In this document: positions 59,618 to 64,000 of the stretch, in pieces | Layout of the letters: each line of letters opens with the position of its first letter | Numbering within the stretch: position 1 is the stretch's first letter | Assembly (NCBI GenBank): GCA_032718475.1 | Contig: JAUCBJ010008603.1 | Span: 1-64,000 of the forward strand | Reading direction: 5' to 3' | From: Nemertoderma westbladi | Lineage: Eukaryota > Animalia > Xenacoelomorpha | DNA: 64,000 bases | The notes under the pieces: generated by a model | The model's database searches: none | What the model was told of the DNA's origin: nothing | The model's input: only the letters and a program-made list of their open reading frames with translations | Program-made: the position numbers and the translations under genes

Positions 59618-62152
59618 ATGGCAAGTAAGCTGATCAGGAAGAGAAAGGCGGAGTCAGGAGGAAAAGAAATATTGGTGGATTTCACCGAAAGACACCCAGA
59701 GGAGAAGACGAGAGGATACTACGAGAGGTTGGAAAGGGGTCACGCGGCACGAGCGCTGCAGGATCACTTCCGGGAGGCGCACGAACAGCGGTTGGTCGGG
59801 ACCTACGGGACGCCGTCGCTGGACAACGCGATCTTCCAACACTTCCACTACGTGGTGAAAGGAGACGAGGCGAAGTTCGGGATTCCGAAGTATCCGAGGG
59901 AATCGCCGAGGAAGGACTGGAAAAGATTCATAGAGTCCGTCAACAGAGGAGGATATATGATCCTAGATGACGAGGGAACCGTGGAAGACGAAGCGGGTTC
60001 GAGACGAGGAACGGCAGGGTCGGCCAGGACCATACTCCTACATTTGGCCGCGCCAAATGGGGACATCTTCTTATTCGATTTAGGGACGTATGGGAAGAAG
60101 GACGGGCCGAAATTAGACCGATTGCCGAAAGCGGTACAAGTCTTAGTAAGAGAGAAGTCGACGACGAAAGTGGGATCGGCGATTCGCGAGGACGCGGAGA
60201 GGATCATCGGTCCGGACGCCACCAACCTCCTGGATATGCAGAAAGTCTTTATGGCTATGACGGCACCGGATGGATTGGGGGTGGTCGAAAACACAGGCCA
60301 ATGCGGGGCGGTGGCGATGGGCCAATTATTGGGGCTCGTATGCCACAAACCGATGGACTGGGGAAAGTTTAGGGAAGAATACGGAGCAGAACTGGCGAAC
60401 TCGCTGAAGTGGGGAGCGAGACCGGGAAAGCAGGAGGTATATCAGTTTCGCAGAGGAGCGATAAAGGTATATCAGAAGCGATATATCCTGCAGGAGGACT
60501 GGATGATGATAAGTTTGCTTAACTTATTCATGACCGTAGTCATCGAGAGGGAACCAGGAGCATTTCTGTTATCGGGATCACCCCTAAGCTACAGGAGAGC
60601 CTTTAAAGTGGCCTTTGACGGTCTGGTAGACCACCCGGGGCTGAAGGGCGAGTCGGTGTACTACAACAGCCGACATCTGGTAGACGGGGAGACAGATACA
60701 CCGTATCAGAGATGGGAGCAGCTAGAGGCGGACAGACGAGAAGCAAAGCGACTGGAAGAAGTCGCTAGACGGGAGAGGATAGAAGCAGAGGAGAGGGAAG
60801 AGGAGGCCAGGGCACAGAGTTACGGCTTCGAGGAACAGGCGGGCCTAGACGAACTTCATTGGACTTCGTCAGGGAGTTCGGGGGAGTCTCTAGGGCGAGA
60901 ATTGGGATGGACGGTGGGATCGCCGAAACAGTCGACGTCGGGGTTGCAAACGATGCCCATACCAGTGGGCGCCGAGGGCGACCAACCGCCAAGGAAGTTA
61001 AGGGAGCTAGAGGGATGGAGAGCTACGGGCGAGAGTCAAGGCGGGAAGGGACATAGTGGATCCATCGGGATACCGGGATTGGAGACACTACCAGAAGAGG
61101 AGGACGGCGACGACGAGTTCGGAGAGATCCCGGCCATCGAGAGGATAGGCCACTCGGACACGGACTGGGTTGGCGGAAGGGTGGTGACAGCCAGTGGGGC
61201 GAGGGCCTTCTGGAACAGATCCGGCAAGCGGACCTGGGTGCACGAGGAGCCGGCGATGGATTTCGCGGGGAGCACCATCAGGTTGGGCGAGCAACCGGGG
61301 ACGGCACCACGGATAGTATTCGGGGAGACGATGCCCGAAAGGGGCGGAGAGATAGACGTAAACAGGGAGAGCAACGTAGAGAAGTTCACCTACCAGCGAC
61401 TCCATAGACCGCGGAGATCGCTTGGGACGAAAGACGAGGTGGGACGGGAGACATTGGTACTCGGCTGCGACTACTGTGGGAGACAGACCCATCGGGAAAG
61501 CAGCTGCCTATACCGGTTCCAACGGGGAACCTTTTGTCTCTATTGTAGAGAACCAAGTCACAGGATGGGGGCGTGTCCACGGTTGCATAACCGATGTCCA
61601 AAGTGCCACTTTCGGGGACACTACGGACGCGAGTGCGACTGGATGAGCGACGAGGAGAAGTTCACGAGGTTCGAGGAGTGGGCCGACGTCGGGGCCATGA
61701 CGCGCCAGCGCATGAAGGCCCAAGAGTTCAAGTGGGGTTTCTTCCTCATAAACCAGGAGACCCACATGGAAATCATAAAGCGAAGGTTACCGTTTACCTA
61801 TCAAGAGGTAGCTACGGCGGCATCGTTCGCCGGAGTTATGAACACGCAACGGTACCTGGACAGGTGGACACCAGAGAACCGGAGGGAGTTTAGGGATTTC
61901 TTGGCGGAACACGTACCAAAGGCAATGAAAATGATCCTATGGGACGCCACACGAGGGAGACAACCAGGCCATTCTGAGGGGCCACCGGCGAAGCGGTATC
62001 GGGCTTTAATAACACCAGCGCCCAAGGAGCCGACGACCGGGATCAGCAAGGAAGTGGCAGCGAAGGTCCGGAAGCAGAAAGCGGATGATGCCAGAGGAGC
62101 GGTGATAACCAAGAAACGGGCCAGGGAAGAGGACGTGAGGAGGAACAGATAA
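59618..62152 (+). CDS. Extra retrotransposon ORF (~844 aa): putative DEDDy 3'-5' exonuclease domain + coiled-coil/disordered linker + three CCHC zinc knuckles
   Basis: Intact 2.5-kb ORF between pol and the 3' LTR. ExoI-like ILDDEG, LLHLA..IFLFDL, LP..V..LV....KVGSAIRED, LLDMQ, ExoIII-like QKRYILQED; knuckles CDYC..H..C, CLYC..H..C, CPKC..H..C. Confidence 0.75.
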   Translation: MASKLIRKRKAESGGKEILVDFTERHPEEKTRGYYERLERGHAARALQDHFREAHEQRLVGTYGTPSLDNAIFQHFHYVVKGDEAKFGIPKYPRESPRKDWKRFIESVNRGGYMILDDEGTVEDEAGSRRGTAGSARTILLHLAAPNGDIFLFDLGTYGKKDGPKLDRLPKAVQVLVREKSTTKVGSAIREDAERIIGPDATNLLDMQKVFMAMTAPDGLGVVENTGQCGAVAMGQLLGLVCHKPMDWGKFREEYGAELANSLKWGARPGKQEVYQFRRGAIKVYQKRYILQEDWMMISLLNLFMTVVIEREPGAFLLSGSPLSYRRAFKVAFDGLVDHPGLKGESVYYNSRHLVDGETDTPYQRWEQLEADRREAKRLEEVARRERIEAEEREEEARAQSYGFEEQAGLDELHWTSSGSSGESLGRELGWTVGSPKQSTSGLQTMPIPVGAEGDQPPRKLRELEGWRATGESQGGKGHSGSIGIPGLETLPEEEDGDDEFGEIPAIERIGHSDTDWVGGRVVTASGARAFWNRSGKRTWVHEEPAMDFAGSTIRLGEQPGTAPRIVFGETMPERGGEIDVNRESNVEKFTYQRLHRPRRSLGTKDEVGRETLVLGCDYCGRQTHRESSCLYRFQRGTFCLYCREPSHRMGACPRLHNRCPKCHFRGHYGRECDWMSDEEKFTRFEEWADVGAMTRQRMKAQEFKWGFFLINQETHMEIIKRRLPFTYQEVATAASFAGVMNTQRYLDRWTPENRREFRDFLAEHVPKAMKMILWDATRGRQPGHSEGPPAKRYRALITPAPKEPTTGISKEVAAKVRKQKADDARGAVITKKRAREEDVRRNR

Positions 62153-62864
62153 GTTCCCGGAGACGAGGGAATGAGACTGAGACTGGGAAGTGGTGCGCCT
62201 GGAAGGCGCCGCATGTAACGTACGAACTATTAAGTATAAATTTAATTAATGCAAATAACTATATAAGTGCAATTTGTATGTACGTACGTAGTGATTAGCA
62301 GTAAAATACATACGTTTGGAGTAAGTACTATAGTCATACAACCTTTCTCAATTAGCTACTGGGACTGGGGGACAACTGACTATGGCACTATGGACGAGAC
62401 AACTGACAATTTCACGCTTCTTGAGTGCGACGGCACGAGAGGGGGGGGGGGAGGGGGTTCGTCAGGAGAGATAAAACAGTCAAAGTGGAGTTGAGAATCG
62501 GAATAAGAGTGCGAAGTGCGGAGAGAGTGCGAACGCAATTCTAGTGTGGGGGGGGAGAATAAGAGGCTGAGTGAGGGACGAGGAGGTCCGGGGGTATGAG
62601 AGAGTTAGGGTGAGAGTGAAGGTGAGATAGGGCGAAAATGTTGGGGAAACAAAAATCGCGTGAAGAGGTGAGCGCGATCGGCCCGACATGAGACGCCAGG
62701 CACACAGGGTAGCGTTATCATACCCAGAGGGAGCGGCCTGGAAAGCCGACTCCGAGAGAAAAGATTTCCACCCCACACCCGATGCTAGATCGGGATCCAG
62801 CGGGATTGTAACGCACTTTTTGGTTGATGCTATCTTCTTACCGGGAAGATAGCATGGGGGGGAG

Positions 62865-63402
62865 TGTTAGCTTATTCAATCCCGCCAACACCCCATAAAG
62901 TTATAAGCCGATAAGCAATATTGGGAGCCACGAGATTGGGCAATTAACCAACTCGTGCCATCCCAATAAGAGTGGGAAGGAAGCACATAATAGAGGGTCA
63001 GGGGCCAAACCCCTAACCCAAGGAGAGCAGGTGGAGTGAACGGGAATACTCCACGGGGCGCCAACAAGGATATTAACCAATCAGAGGGGGGAATGGCATC
63101 GATTGAGTAGCAGTAAGGCCACCGTGCAATATAACCAATAACCTATTAATCAGTGATTCAGTTATCTCAGTGCAGCAGTGCTAGCGTAGGGTACAGTCAA
63201 TTAGTTTAGTTAGGGGATCACGGGACTTTAGTTACCGTATCCCGCCTACCGTATAATTCACAATATATCTATATCCTATAACCTATTATTATACACCGAA
63301 CTTCAGAACTCAGTTATCTTTATTTCACTCTTATACACGGCGGGGACGCGTGGACTAAATCCCACATCGGATAAATCGGGATCCCTCCTGGATCCCGTCA
63401 CA
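62865..63402 (+). repeat. 3' LTR
   Basis: Direct repeat of 48929-49467, preceded by the PPT. Confidence 0.95.
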
Positions 63403-64000
63403 GGAGTGGACCAAAAAACGGGTTAGCTAGCAGTTGAAGCAGGACTTACCTATTAGTGAGTGGACCAACAAACGGGTTAGCTAGTAGTTGAATCAGGACT
63501 TACCTATTAGTGAGTGGGAGTGGACCAAAAACGGGTTAGCTAGCAGTTGAAGCAGGACTTACCTATTAGTGAGTGGACCAACAAACGGGTTAGCTAGCAG
63601 TTGAACCAGGACTTACCTATTAGTGAGTAGGAGTGGACCAACAAACTGGTTAGCTAGTAGTTGAACCAGGACTTACCTGTTAGTGAGTGGACCAACAATC
63701 GGTTTAGCTAGCAGTTGAACCAGGACTTACCTATTAGTGAGTGGCCCAACAAACGGGTTAGCTAACAGTTGAACCAGGACTTACCTGTTAGTGAGTGGAC
63801 CAACAAACGGGTTAGCTAGCAGTTGAATCTGGACTTACCTATTAGTTAGTGGGAGTGGACCAACAAACGGGTTAGCTAGTAGTTGAACCAGGACTTACCT
63901 GTTAGTGAGTGAATCAGGAAACGGGTTAGCTAGCAGTTGAACCAGGACTTACCTATTAGTGAGTGGACCAACAACCGGGTTACCTAGCAGTTGAACCAGG
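63403..64000 (-). repeat. 54/60-bp minisatellite running off the window; minus strand carries TAG|GTAAGT
   Basis: Unit GAGTGGACCAACAAACGGGTTAGCTAGCAGTTGAACCAGGACTTACCTATTAGT. Confidence 0.93.

Larger units (their letters stand above)
48929..63402 (+). mobile_element. BEL/Pao LTR retrotransposon, ~14.5 kb, with an extra 3' ORF
   Basis: Two ~539-bp TG..CA direct repeats; polypurine tract GGGGGGGAG at 62856-62864; pol order PR-RT-RH-IN with BEL/Pao-type motifs. Confidence 0.96.

Noticed and set aside
59609-62152. env gene
   Set aside because: No signal peptide, transmembrane anchor or fusion-protein Cys pattern; the motifs point to an exonuclease plus CCHC knuckles.
49516-62214. Numerous antisense ORFs over the retrotransposon
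   Set aside because: Shadow ORFs of a purine-rich coding strand, with no recognisable domains.

Overview
Eukaryotic (invertebrate animal-like) genomic DNA with GT-AG introns. Three host genes can be modelled by hand. (1) A two-exon M1 aminopeptidase N-like type II membrane protein (537-3848, +) whose zinc motif reads REISH instead of HEXXH. (2) The 3' ten exons of an OSBP gene (7149-21686, +). (3) A six-exon, single-domain secreted ACE-like M2 peptidase (42741-25044, -). A 14.5-kb BEL/Pao LTR retrotransposon (48929-63402) follows. Two things stand out. First, the BEL element carries an extra ~844-aa ORF in the env position that looks like a DEDDy (WRN/Mut-7/EXD-like) 3'-5' exonuclease plus three CCHC knuckles. 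The element also has a non-tRNA primer-binding site complementary to its own LTR and an internal hairpin array. Second, roughly 40% of the window is minisatellite, and in four modelled introns the repeat unit is a copy of the exon end plus the 5' splice donor, so the array starts exactly at the exon/intron junction. Several RTE-like LINE fragments and MITE-like elements are also present. All coordinates and counts were read by eye and no searches were run.
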